A stretch of DNA of 63,212 nucleotides, filler included, from Octopus bimaculoides (lineage: Eukaryota): the NCBI RefSeq assembly GCF_001194135.2. It is 6 parts of 4 records of this genome, joined end to end, with 100 filler letters (N's around TTAATTAATTAA, not from the genome) between each part and the next. Parts side by side here need not be neighbours in the genome. Positions count along the whole stretch, not along the records: positions 40,044 to 55,648 come from NC_068983.1; 5 more parts are not named here. One strand, given 5' to 3'. This document shows positions 40,959 to 53,555 of the stretch, one piece after another (position 1 is the stretch's first letter; every line of letters starts with the position of its first letter). The position numbers were made by a program, and so were the translations under genes. Below the pieces are notes generated by a model. The model had not been told where the DNA came from and did no database searches. It saw only the letters and a list, made by a program, of their open reading frames with translations.

Positions 40959-42436
40959 ACGGCTAACTTTCTAGACGTTACTCTAAACTTGTCAAACTCA
41001 CAATACTCTCCCTAACATAAACCTAACCAATACCTGAAATACCTCAACGTTCGCTCTAATCACCACATATCTACTTTCGATAACATAGTCATGGGTATTT
41101 CAACCCACATATCTGATCTATCCTCTTCCGAAGAAATCTTCAACAATCACGCACCATACTACAATCAAGCTCTCGCAGCTAGTGGTTTCTCCCAACAAAT
41201 AAAATACATCCATAACACCAGACTTAAACAATTTTTATCCCAAATCACATCCCAAAGACATACCAATCATCACAACCGCAACCAACCACCCACATTTTCC
41301 AACAGACCCCACAAACACACTTATAACACTAGGGCTAAATCTAAGATAAATAAAGCAATTAGCAACACCAAAAATGTGGACAACTATTCTCCACCTAAAT
41401 ACTTAGATTACAACATACACAGAACTTCCCCTCCCCAAGAAAGCAGTGGCCGCTCTATACTGTGGTACACCCCCCATTCTCACTTAACACTAGGAACTTA
41501 GCTAAATCTTTCTTCAAAATACTTGACTCTAACTTCCCCAGACAACATAAATACCATTCTATATTTAACGGATCCACTTTGAAATTGTCTTATTCAACCA
41601 CGCCTAGCTTCGAACCTATTATAGCAACTTCTAATAAACACAAACTCTCACTCTATTATCAAAACTCACACAACTATAACTATGGTAATACTAGCACTCA
41701 GCGCATGCATATACCCAACATAGACATTCATATACGTGCATCTAACACTGACACTCGTACACTTGAATACGACCACAATAGATCCCAACCCACTAATATA
41801 CCCGATAATAATACCACCATATCCTATAATGATAACAATGGAGGGAATACTAACTATAACAATAATTCCATTGTTCTCGATTCTTCTTCATCCTCACATA
41901 ACATATCCTCCAACAATGATGCCTCATCTACCACAGAGCACAACCCCCAGGTCTCATCTACTTTTAACTGTCGCTCCGGGACAATCTGTCCGCTACAAAC
42001 ATATTGCGTAAGAAATAACGTAATATATAAATGCACTGTAACCAATCTGCTACATAACTCTACAGCTGCATGCATAGGTTCAACTAAAAATTTCAAACAA
42101 CACTACGCAGCCCATTTGCACTCTTTTAGATATGACAAAAACAGTAAATCTACAACACCAGCCAACCACATTCATCACCTCAAAAACACAAATACCCAGT
42201 ATACTTTAAAATGGTCCATCCTGGACTCTGGAATTCCATACCAGGGCCAGCGCTCAAATTGCAAGCTCTGCTTAAAGGAGGCGTTCCATATTTTAAAATA
42301 CAACTCTCCCACTCTACTTAATCGATATAATGAAGCACTTAGCACCTGTAATCACCGTTTTTCCCATACATTCAAATTCTATCACAGACACAAATGCACA
42401 AATGACCACACAACGTACTCCCACAACTCCCTATAG
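40959..42436 (+). mobile_element. 5'-truncated Penelope-like element, Naiad type (RT thumb plus GIY-YIG), pseudogenised
   Basis: ANFLDVTLNL..P*HKP..SNHH..ISDLSSSEEIF..YNQALAASGF; ILWYTPPFS..DSNFP..LKLSYS; FNCRSGTICPL..NVIYKCTV..CIGST.NFKQHY..H..SF..KWSIL..CKLCLKE..CNH. One stop near 41012, frameshift at 41470-41475. Confidence 0.9.
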
Positions 42437-42745
42437 GTAACCCCAACCAACTCGAGTTAGCATGCTAGTACCCCTTCTACCATCTATAAAATAGGTTTAA
42501 CTCTATTTTTGGAATATATCTCTACGAACTCTGTTCTCCTATTATGCTTCCTTCCTTTAATAATTTTCTTCGAAAGCTACCAACACCTTCACCACTTACA
42601 GGTTCCTTCATAGCCTGACACTAACCCCAACCAACTCGAGTTAGCAAACTAGTTCCCTTTCTACCATCTTTAAAATAGATTTAACTCTATTTTTAGAATT
42701 ATCACTTCTAACTCTGTTCTTTTATTGTGCTACCTTCCTTCTATT
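42437..42745 (+). repeat. Direct duplication (~120-bp copies, ~185-bp period) in the element 3' region
   Basis: taaccccaaccaactcgagttagca...aactctgttct at ~42438 and ~42622. Confidence 0.85.
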
Positions 42746-43237
42746 ACTTTTAATTACCTCTCCACATTACCTCCCCACATTCCTTCTCTCTACATTTCTT
42801 TACTAAACTTATACCTCCACCCCCATATTCTTCCTTTTGCTCCCTCCCCTTCTTCTTTCCTGCTCGTCAGTATAACTGACCGTAAGACTGCTTACTACTA
42901 CCTACCACACTTCTCACTTGAATTACTTCTTCCCCCCTTCCTTCCTGTTTTAAGGCTTGACCTCTTAATCCTACACACATCTCACACTCGATTCGGACTA
43001 TCCTTTGAGTAAACAACGCACAGAATACACTGGATACGATATGATATACATCCACCTTTGCAACTACAATTATCTCCGGAAAATACCCACAAGGATTCTT
43101 TACATGGATGTTCACTGTTGGAATGGAACTATACTCCAAGTAATTCTTCTTCTTTGTTCTTTCTTCTACGCATCGCTCTCAGTTCTTACTACAAATCTCC
43201 TCTTATAGATGTAATAATCCATTCTTCTACTATTACT

Positions 43238-43286
43238 GTCTCTGATGAAGGGATGCATTGGATTTTCCCTGTAACAGCTGTAAGAC
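43238..43286 (+). ncRNA. Minimal hammerhead ribozyme in Naiad 3' pLTR, GAAA mutated to GTAA
   Basis: GTCT-CTGATGA-A-GGGA..TCCC-T-GTAA-CAGCTG-TA-AGAC: stems I and II pair, palindromic stem III. Confidence 0.75.
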
Positions 43287-43487
43287 TTTATACATAAATA
43301 TAATTCTAACTTGGCCATTGGTCTCTTTATCTTTTTCTTTCTTTATACATACACACGCTAATATACGACCTATGTTATATTCCCCACTCATGTTGCTACA
43401 ACGACGGGCAAAACTAGTCGGTACACAGCACTTATTCGGTATTACCTGTATCTTTGGGTTTGGTTGACTCTAATACCCTTCATAACC

Positions 43488-43532
<45 letters not shown>

Positions 43533-43988
43533 CACACACACATACANNNNNNNNNNNNNNNNNNNNNNNNNNNNNNNNNNNNNNNNNNNNNNNNNNNNNN
43601 NNNNNNNNNNNNNNNNNNNNNNNNNNNNNNNNNNNNNNNNNNNNNNNNNNNNNNNNNNNNNNNNNNNNNNNNNNNNNNNNNNNNNNNNNNNNNNNNNNNN
43701 NNNNNNNNNNNNNNNNNNNNNNNNNNNNNNNNNNNNNNNNNNNNNNNNNNNNNNNNNNNNNNNNNNNNNNNNNNNNNNNNNNNNNNNNNNNNNNNNNNNN
43801 NNNNNNNNNNNNNNNNNNNNNNNNNNNNNNNNNNNNNNNNNNNNNNNNNNNNNNNNNNNNNNNNNNNNNNNNNNNNNNNNNNNNNNNNNNNNNNNNNNNN
43901 NNNNNNNNNNNNNNNNNNNNNNNNNNNNNNNNNNNNNNNNNNNNNNNNNNNNNNNNNNNNNNNNNNNNNNNNNNNNNNNNNNNNNNNN

Positions 43989-44021
<33 letters not shown>

Positions 44022-44022
<1 letters not shown>

Positions 44023-44460
44023 AATATTATTTCTAAATCTCTAAAGGTAACTATGACAGCAGTACTGGGTATTAATAGTTATCGCCAAAACTAACATGGC
44101 AGTCCAGAAAAATAGCACGAATCTCGCCGTTGATTAGCTCCAAGAGGCTATCGCCTCTAGCTAGCTATGTGACACACAAGCCTGTGTCTATTACAGTCTT
44201 CGAACAGGGAAGGTCATCAGCTCTTCCCTTGTGGTTCAAAATCTACAGACTAGTTTCGGGGTGTTTGCCCCTTATCAATGCCGAGTAGCCAAACCCAACA
44301 GGCGTCGCTGTTGACTGTCTGTTTGAAGGTTTATTTATATATGTATTCAGCGGAACACATCTACTGGTTTCCAAAAATAGAAATATTATTATTTCTATAT
44401 CTCTCTAAAGGAGACTACGGCAGCAGTACAGAGTATTAATAGATATCGCCCAGCTAACTT
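44022..44460 (-). mobile_element. ~360-nt hammerhead-bearing unit plus partial second copy (retrozyme/pLTR-like)
   Basis: Start repeated at ~44022 and ~44384; HHR at 44244-44283 (-): TTGATAA-GGGG-CAAACA-CCCC-GAAA-CTAG-TC; homologous to 15270-15500. Confidence 0.55.
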
Positions 44461-44559
44461 AGAACTCGATTGGGCCTTCATTCAAACATGAACACTGGAG
44501 ACGGCCAAAGCTCAGGTTACACAGACGCAGTTGTTCCTCATAATGAATCTTGTGCTATG

Positions 44560-45080
44560 CAACCTGCATGTCCTCCCTGTACATGGCGCCAATTTAGCGG
44601 CCACTACTCCTAAATGTTTTTTCTATGGTTATAACAAACACCCAAGTTCCAAGTGCCCAGCTCGTGATGCAACCTGTGAAGCCTGTTACAAAGTCGGTCA
44701 TTTCCAGCGGGTATGTCAATCATCTCACACAAATGGTGTGAAACTTAATGCTCTGGCTGATACTAGAAGCTCCAATAGATTTATATCATCTCATGTTGTA
44801 TACACTCACATGGTTGGCACATCCATCCATCAAACACTCCGATTTCGATGGCCTGTATAACCTTGTCAAGCGTTACACGAGCCCACTTTTTCACTAAATT
44901 GATCTGTCGTGACAATGATTACCCTAATCTGAAGCTTTGACTTTTAACTGAACTTTGCTCAGATGTCTTGGGCACGATTTTTTGAAACAGCGTCAACATA
45001 TAAACATAGATTTCGGGGGTCCCAGACCACCATTTTCACTTTGTGGCTTGACGGCAGCTCACGTTCACACTCCTTCACTA
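44560..45080 (+). mobile_element. Gypsy element A: gag zinc knuckles and protease region, decayed
   Basis: CFFYGYNKHPSSKCPARDATCEACYKVGHFQRVC; LCSDVLGHDFLKQRQHINIDFGGPRPPFSLCGL. Confidence 0.75.
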
Positions 45081-45199
45081 TTCAGGTCGTTTTCACAACA
45101 CTGCTATTGTTACTATTGTTACTTATACTAGTAACTATTATTACTAAATTCAAATAACAATCATTATTGGATCAGAAATTTGTCGAAGATGAAGTCTGT

Positions 45200-46790
45200 C
45201 ATCTTTTATCGGAATAAATCATTGAACCATCTCTTTCTCCATGGTCGTAGGATTCGTGAGTTGGCCGCCGACTCCAGAGAGGAGAACTCATAAAATAATA
45301 ATTTTTCTCCTGACTGCCTTCAAACGTCTGTTCTATCTCGGCGGCAACGAAAGAATGTAATACTGTGGAGCAGATAACTACGTCTCCAGATAAGATACTA
45401 GAGCTCTCCAGTTCTCCCTCAGCCGTAGACAAAGTAGTAGCTACTTCTTCGCCAAAGACTATCGAAAATATTTTGTCGACAGCCCATGTGGATACCATAA
45501 AAGCCATCCAGGAATTAACGCAGCAGGTTGCGCAGTTGAGTCGCTTTTGTTTCTCTTCTACCCAGGCGAATTATAGCTATCGTTCAAGGCATCGTTCTTC
45601 TTCTCGTCAGCGTGCCAGTACTTCTACCGATGGGTACTGTTGGTACCATCATCGTTTTGGTCAGAAAGAGCACAAAAGTATACACCCTTTTTCTTATATC
45701 ACACAGGCAAACTAGGACACAGACAAACATCATCCGTCCTCGCAACTAGAAATACTCTGCATCGTGCATTTTGTTTTTTTGCTAAGGATATCGACTCTTC
45801 CAAATACTTAATGGTTGATACAAGAGTCAGTATTAGTATTTGGCTTTTACGGTTTACGTCTAAACTTCAGCTATCTTACATGTCTTTATATGCAGTTAAC
45901 TAGTCTGCTATTAGCACCTATGGACGGGTCTCTCTAACTTCGAATTTGTCTCTTCGCAGAATATTCAGATGAATTTTCGTTATAAGCGGATCTACCGTAT
46001 CCAAAGCTGGGAGCAGATTTTCTGCACCACTACTCCTTTGTTGGTGGATGTGAAGAGGCAGCGGTTGCTGGACAAAACAACCACGTTGACCAAACCAACA
46101 AAGAATTCTTCTATTACTCCCGTGAGTCCACTTCTGAAAATTCTTATCAGGCACTGCTCGCCTCGGTTCCTGAGCTAACGGATTGGTCATTTAAACCAGC
46201 CAAGCCAGTCCACTTGACGAAGCACTTTATCCCTACAAAGGAACCGCCTGTTTTTCCCGTCTGCGAGGGCTGGCGCCGGATAAACTTAAGGTTGCTCATG
46301 CCGAATTCCAACATATTCTGCAGCTTGGATTTGTCAGACTCTCTACAAGCCCATGGGCCGCTCCATTACACATGGTGGTAAAAGAAAGGAAACCAGTACT
46401 TCCAGTCGATTGGTGATTATAGACGCCTCAATGTCATCACTATCTTTTACCACATCTCCGGGATTTTTCATCTGCTCTCCATGGATGCATTGTCTTTTCT
46501 AAAATTGACCTGGTGCGTGCATACCATAAAATACCAGTGAACCCGGCAGACACACCGAAAACAGCCGTGATTACTCCATTTGTTCGAGTTTTTATTCATG
46601 CCATTTGTACTGCGCAATGCCGCCAGCACTTTCCAGCGGTTTGTTCATGAAATTGTTCGCGGGATGGATTTTGGTGATGACCTTTTGATAGCCAGTGATA
46701 TTGCTAAGCATCATCATCCGCATTTATCTCAGTTACTCCAAGGTCTTCAATCTTACAACGTCAAGGTCAACCCCACCAAATGTTCAGCAT
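45200..46790 (+). mobile_element. Gypsy element B: gag C-terminus, protease and RT, decayed
   Basis: GYCWYHHRFG; YLMVDT; SPWAAPLHMV; DYRRLN; FSKIDLVRAYHKIPV..KTAVITP..MPFVLRNAASTFQR..GDDLLIAS. Confidence 0.85.
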
Positions 46791-46849
46791 TCAATTGTTC
46801 TTTGTATGAACATGTTCGAATTAAACTTCTTTTTCTATGAAAACGTTTT

Positions 46850-47400
46850 CACTGTGTTACAATAAACTTTTTGTTGAAGACATTGTGAACTCTGTGTGTC
46901 TTGGTAGTTATTCTTTGCTAACGAATTAAGCATATAACATATTTTAGTCGACCACCAAAAGGACGCACTAAAAGTGCAGATCACTGCCTGCGCGTATTTC
47001 GTTCTATTCGCTCCCTCCTCTATACAACCACTAACAACATACCTCACGAGAGGCTATTCAGTTTTCGCTGCCGCTCAATTTCTCACTACCAGAATGTGCT
47101 TCTGAAGAAACAACCGCGATTTTCAAAATACGACCCAGCAATAGAAGAGGTTGAGTTACTTGAAGGCAATCTACAGTGCAGCTGTGTACACTTATCGAGC
47201 GGCAAGTAGGAAATGGTTTCATTGAAGCATCTAGCTGTGGGTGGAGATGCAAGGACCGATGCAACGACCGGGCTTGATACCCCGTCGTGCAAACAAGATC
47301 CTGTGGACAATTTCTAAGCGGAAACGCCGGCAGTTGAGACCGGAGCCAGTGTTATCGACTTGAAGAAGAAGTCAACAGCACAAAACTTGATAATCTTAAG
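46850..47400 (+). mobile_element. Gypsy integrase C-terminal region (probably element A)
   Basis: RSIRSLLYTTTNNIPHERLFSF; SKYDPAIEEVELLEGN..VSLKHLA. Confidence 0.65.
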
Positions 47401-47555
47401 CAGTTGATAGCTTGGTCAACAGCGTCTACACTCATACAGCTTGAGAAACTGGATGCCGTGAACTATCCGAAATACTGTATTGTCCTATATTATCCCCTTC
47501 CCATTCCCTGCATACATTTACTACTCACACACTCAGATTCTTCAGTGAGAGAATA

Positions 47556-47793
47556 TGTGATAAAAATTACCGTTATTCATACTCGCAGGGATTCCCACCA
47601 TCTCGCCAACCAGTCGAAAAGGAGGCTTTAGAATAATATTTAAACATGGCTAACTCCTGGTCAGCATAGTTTACGACTAAGACGACTAATGACAGATATC
47701 ATACCCTCGTTCTTAAAAGACTAAATTCTATTGAGTCATTTCCAGTCTTCTGTATTCAGCAATCTCACCATTTCGATAACCAGAATTACTACA
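47556..47793 (+). mobile_element. Putative 3' LTR
   Basis: Purine run GAGAGAA then TGTGA...ACTACA (TG..CA); no matching 5' LTR found. Confidence 0.35.
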
Positions 47794-48524
47794 CATACAT
47801 GTTTTTATGTACACAATTAGCGATCTTAAAGCCTTGCAGCATTGCAAAACAATTATTCCATACTATATTTTGAATTTGACTGTGTTGCAAGAAGCTTGCT
47901 TCGCAAACGCATGCTTCCAAGTTCACCTTGACATCTTGGACAAGTGTCTTCTACTGTAGCCTTAGGCCGAACAAAGCCTTGTGAGTGCATTTGGTAGATA
48001 GAAACAGAAAGAAGCTCGTCATATATATGCATGTGTGTGTATATGTGTGTGTGTGTGTGTCTGTGTTTGTGAATGTGTGTGTTAGAGTTTGTTCCCCCAC
48101 CTCTTCTTAACAACCCGTGTTAGTATGTTTACGTCTCCGTAACTTAGCCATCCGATTGAATAAGTACCTAGTTTTAGAAAATAAGCTCTGGGGTTGATTC
48201 ATCCGATTAAAGATTCTTCAAGACGGAGTCGTAGCATGGCCGCAGTGTAATTACTGAAACATGTAAAAGAATAAAATAATAAAAGCAATTATATTAAGAA
48301 TTTTTATTTGAACAAACCGATAACCAGCCACAAGTAGACATTAAAAATATTTCATGTTGTAGAACACCATGCGAAAGGGGAAAATCCGCAGAGTAGAAAT
48401 AGCACTGTACTGAATATTTAAAAAAAAATTATTTTCATAATTTGTATATATTTATTTTATGATAAATTTTATGATAAATATAAATTTATTTTATGATAAA
48501 TAAAGAATCGACGTAAGCTTAAAT

Positions 48525-48570
48525 AATAAACTGCGATACGTGAACCGTGATATTGCGAGGGATTCCTATA
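48525..48570. mobile_element. pogo/Tigger-like terminal repeat remnant
   Basis: ctgcgatacgtgaaccgtgatattgcgagggattcc followed by TA. Confidence 0.35.
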
Positions 48571-48873
48571 TATACATACCCACATATATAATACACATTA
48601 GGTAATACACGTAATTATATTCTCAATTTCTGTTTTATACGATGTATCTAGATTATATCAACTTTCACAGCTGAGACACTGTACTTCAAGGTATATCTAT
48701 TGGAGGATTTAAGTTCAGTGATGAGTGAGCTCTTAAAACACCGTATCAATTATTCTGTCATCTAGCTATTTACTTCTGCATCTCTAATAATGTTGTTTCA
48801 TTATGATAAATTCTGACATTGCCATCTGTTCCTCAAAGACTGTATTTTTTTTTGTTTCAGCTAAAGAAAATCT

Positions 48874-49586
48874 TTATGGTTCATGTGCTTTATCTAGTTC
48901 TACATCATAGTGGAAAAGTTTGAAATCTAAATAGTACTTTTCGCGTATTTTCTTCAGAAGCTTAGGACTTACAGTTTGGTAAGCCTTTGCGAAATACATT
49001 TTGCGTTGATCGTTCCATTCTTTTCGATTTATCACAGGTTTATTGTTATATATTTTCTGAATACAGAAACAACAGTTTCAGGACGCAAGATTGTCGCATT
49101 TGCAAAATCCGCAGCATTGAAGACTGCATCTCTGTGAATATAACCTTGAATTTGGAAAGCAGAAAATAACTTCGAAAATATTAATTTCTTCTTGTAGCAT
49201 TCTTTTTTTGACCTGCCACTGATATGTTTAATTGTACACCCAATTAAATCTGCCATGCTTGAAATGAAATAGTCGTGGGACATTTTATTATTTTCTAAAA
49301 CAATATCTTTCTTTATACCCATTTGTTCAAAGAAATCAGCCTTATCTTTTACAAATGATTCTAGCTTGATGTTGAAATTATACTTTACAGAACACGGTTT
49401 GCATATTTTAGTGATCGGATTCCAGTGAGGATTGGAACTACCATTGAGTTCAGTGGTTATAAATTGGAGAAATTCGTGGAATTGGACATCGTTGCCACAC
49501 GTTACAGAATTTGGACTCGTTCTATTCATATACCTTTGTATTTGTACTCCTGAATACCCCCATCTCTCAGGTAAAGCCCTTGGCAC
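48874..49586 (-). pseudogene. Carbohydrate sulfotransferase (Sulfotransfer_2, CHST11-like) C-terminal half, frameshifted
   Basis: W..SG..I..SVTCGNDVQFHEFLQFI..NPHWNPITKICKPCSVKYNFNIKLESF..FQIQGYI; second frame continues ..AKAYQTVSPKLLKKIREKYYLDFKLFHYD to a stop at 48874-48876; shift lies within 49035-49077. Confidence 0.75.
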
Positions 49587-50110
49587 ATCAGTAATTAGCG
49601 CCGAGATACTTAAAATATCTGGTAGAGTGGAATATAGCCTAGTGACCGGTATAATGAATCAGACTGTCCAGAAATGGGTCATTGACAACAACTGGTGTAG
49701 TTTCATTATAGTCAGCTGCTGCAAAGGGTAAGGTGATTACAGAAGTAGTTAATGAGGCATCAAATTACTGAACCAAGTCATGAAATTCACAGAAAAAGAT
49801 CATAGCTTAACTGATTAGGAAGAGAAAAAAGCTAGATAGGATGTAGTTGGTTTCGTACCAGAAAGAAGCACTAGGGATGTTATATTCCCAGTAAAATAAC
49901 TGAAAAAGTACAAAAGTACAAAATATAACCCACGACACATAGAATGCGTTTAGCAGAGTCCCTTGTGTACTCATTTGGTGGTCGATGCAGGGATTATTGG
50001 TAGATGAGTGGTTGGTGGGAGCTGCAGGGATGCTGTCAGAAGTTGTAAATGTCTCTATTCTGATGCTAAACAATATTCTGTTCTGTAACAGCATAGAAAA
50101 CGGACGTTAA

Positions 50111-50270
<160 letters not shown>

Positions 50271-51443
50271 CCTGAGTAATTTTAGATGGAAGTTTCTTGG
50301 GCCGAATCAGATGAGCCTATGGTAATATCAAAGTTAGTTGATGTGGACTCGACTTCCAGTAATCATCCGTAAATAAGTTAAATATGTTTTTGCTGCTAAC
50401 TTTATGAACCATTTCTTGATGGTTGCGAGCCGGAATAACCGTTTCCGCCTCGGAGAAAATGCTTAACAACATTTATTCCGACTTTACTTTCTGAGTTCAA
50501 ATGCTACTGGAGTCAACTTTATCTCTCATCATTTCAAAGTTGGTCAAAAAAGCTACAATTGTCATCGATGTAATCGACTTAGCACCTTCTCCCGTAATTG
50601 CTGGCTCTGTGCGAAAATTTGAAACCAAATTTCGAACTTTTCTTGACGGCCATATTGAAATTTATTAAGAAAAAGATAAAAGTGAAATTTTATTTGAGAC
50701 GAAACTTCAGTTCCTGTTTCAAAAATTGTTTTCAATTCGTCTACGCCATTTTTGTAGGTGTTCTACCTTCTTTCATAAATCTAAAATATCAAGTTGAAAA
50801 CCAATATAGGCGTAAGGATGGCTTTGTGGTAAGAAACTTGCTCCCCAGCCACATGGTTCAGGGATCAGTCTCACTGCGTGACACTTTGGGAAAGTGGATT
50901 TGATAGACGGAAGCTGAAAGAAGCCCATTGTATATATCTGTATATCTCTATGTGTATGAGTGTCTTTGTGTCTGTGTTTTTCCCCCATCACATCTTTACA
51001 ACTGATATTTGTGTGTTTACGTTCCCATAACCTAGCGGTTAGGCAAAAGAGACCCACAGAAAAACACTAGGTTTAAGAAATAAGCCCTGGGGTTGATCTT
51101 TTCAACTAAAACCCTTCAAGGCGGTCCTCTAGCATGGCTACCAGAAAATGACTGAAACAAGTAAAAGTAGAAAAATATAAAATGCTTCAACAGCAAAAGA
51201 CAAATCTTTAGTTAGCGTTAAAGAGAGATAAAGTGAGACATTTCAAGAGAAGGACGAATTAGTATGAGAAGGGAAGAGAAAAAGAGAAATACTTACTGAA
51301 GTAAACAACGGTGAAGACAGTAGCTATAATAATTGTTCTAAGTAAACGTGTGAAAAAACGATGCCTGTTCATATTGCTGTAGACGCGTGAGCCTGTTGTA
51401 GAAAAGATTATTATTATTATCATCATCATCATCATCATTATTA

Positions 51444-51965
51444 TTGAGTTAGAGAGCAGTGCATGCCATCAAAGTTAGCTGGGGTAAAATATACAAAGCC
51501 CAATATACCCATCATGACTACCCGTCTGATAAGGGTACACCAGGCACATGCATTACAACCATATGTGTGCGACATGGTGATCTCATATCAAGATAAACAG
51601 ATCATGACCTCGCAGATGAGGCCCAGTTAGAATTTTCTTCAAGTCGAGTAGCCCATCCCACTCAAAAGGTCCCTGAATAAGGTTTCTTTAAGGATGTTGA
51701 GCAAAACACCCATGTTTCCAAAGGTGAATTATTCAAACCCCAAAGAATTCCTCCCAACACATAGCTATGATGTTCCCCCACTACTTCTGCTCGTGATCAG
51801 AAATGCACATATCTTCAGCCACCTAGGGACATACTCAACTGGTTAAAGTCAAACAAATGACAAGCAAATCTGTGGAATTGAGCAGAATATTTGCTGAGGC
51901 CCATCTTTTATACCAACTCAAAACAATGTACATGATAACACTTCCAATCAATTAAGATCAGAAGC

Positions 51966-51966
<1 letters not shown>
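51444..51966 (-). mobile_element. Family E repeat flanked by (TTA)n
   Basis: Homologous to 21174-21550 and 56582-57077. Confidence 0.85.
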
Positions 51967-52026
<60 letters not shown>

Positions 52027-52250
52027 GTTCAGTAGTTTTATTTTTATAACGTGCTTTCACTTCACTACCGAGCGCAGCTCTGTGCGCCTTGGGTATGTGC
52101 TGTGGTGCTCTTATGTTTACTGTATTGAAAGTGTTTTGCGTAGAATGTGTGCAGTACCCAGTAGTGCAATTTTCTGTATGTTATATATATTTGTAAGTCC
52201 TGGTGTTTTTGTTATGTATTTGTCTGAATATTTTTTTATTATACCTAAGA
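52027..52250 (-). mobile_element. R4/Dong-like LINE 3' end with (TAA)n tail
   Basis: LGIIKKYSDKYITKTPGLTNIYNIQKIALLGTAHILRKTLSIQ*, short UTR, then (TAA)n. Confidence 0.8.
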
Positions 52251-52251
52251 C

Positions 52252-52945
52252 CGTCATTAAGAGAGAGCCACGTAAAACCACTCGAGAACTTCAAGGTAGC
52301 CTGAAAACTGCCTGCAACCATTTGCATGCGATCGGAAAATCAGAAAAGCTCGACAAATGAGTACCACATGATTTGAATGAAAATCAGAAAATGTGCAGAT
52401 ATGAAATGTGCTCGTCGCTTCTTCGCCGTAACCAGACCGATCCATTTCTCGACCGTACTTACGATGAAAAGTACATTCTGTATAGTAATAAAAAATGTTT
52501 TTCGCAGTGGTTGGACCAAAATGAAGCACAGAAAAGCTTCCCTAAACTCGATCTCTTCAAAAAGGAGGTTATGGTGATTGTTTAGTGATGTGCTGTTGGA
52601 CTCGTCCACTATAACTTATTAAAACCCAGAAAAACCATTAAGGCAGAAACATATTACCAAGTAATTTCCAAAATGAACGAAAAACTGCTACTCCTCTGTC
52701 CCAGACTGGTCAACAGAAAAGGGTCAGTTATTCTCCATGACAATGCTCGACCACACGTTTCACTAATGACGCTCCAGAAGTTTAGGGAATTCGGCTACGC
52801 AGTTCTTCCCTACTCAGCCTATTCCCCAAACCTTTCTCCCAACGACTTCCACTTTTTCAAGTATCTTTATGGTTTCCTTCGAGAGAAGGAGTTCAAAAAT
52901 CAAACCGATGCCGAAAGCGAGTTCAAAGAGTCCATCAGCTCCAGT
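52252..52945 (+). mobile_element. Decayed mariner (DD34D, SETMAR-like) transposase
   Basis: KLDK*VPHDL..DPFLDR.TYDEKYILYSN..LHDNARPH..YSPNLSPNDFHFF; stops and frameshifts. Confidence 0.9.
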
Positions 52946-53022
52946 GTGTGTAAGTATACCTGGGTGCGTTTGTGTATGTGGGTGTGTATATTTATGTACA
53001 TGTTTGTGTATATATATATATG

Positions 53023-53071
<49 letters not shown>

Positions 53072-53481
53072 ATGCNNNNNNNNNNGTGTGTGTGTGTGTG
53101 TGTGTGAATGCATGCATTTGTGTACGAAGTTAAGCATACATATATATATATACATATATAAATACATCTATAAATATTCATACTCATTTAGATATCTACA
53201 CACACGCATACGCACACACATATCTAAATATATTGTCATTTTCTTTAGTACTTTTACTCTTTAAGTCATTTCACTGCGGCCATCTTAGAGCAGCACCTCA
53301 AAGGCTTTTAGCCGAAGAAATTGACTTCAGGGCTTATTCTTTGTATGCCTAGTTCTTATGTTTATGGTCATATTTGCCGAACCGTTACGTTAAGGTGGGC
53401 GTAAAAGCCTGCTGTCAAGCTGTGTTTGGGAAATAAACATAGTCACAAAGACACACATATACACACCAACACACACTCATA

Positions 53482-53555
<74 letters not shown>

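Noticed and set aside
40959-43490. Selenoprotein-encoding Naiad hypothesis
   Set aside because: Conserved Cys positions use TGT/TGC, the only in-frame stop is TAA, and I saw no SECIS by eye.
49807-50094. 95-aa ORF as an independent gene
   Set aside because: Starts beside a LINE tail; only a hydrophobic stretch supports it; at most a relic sulfotransferase anchor.
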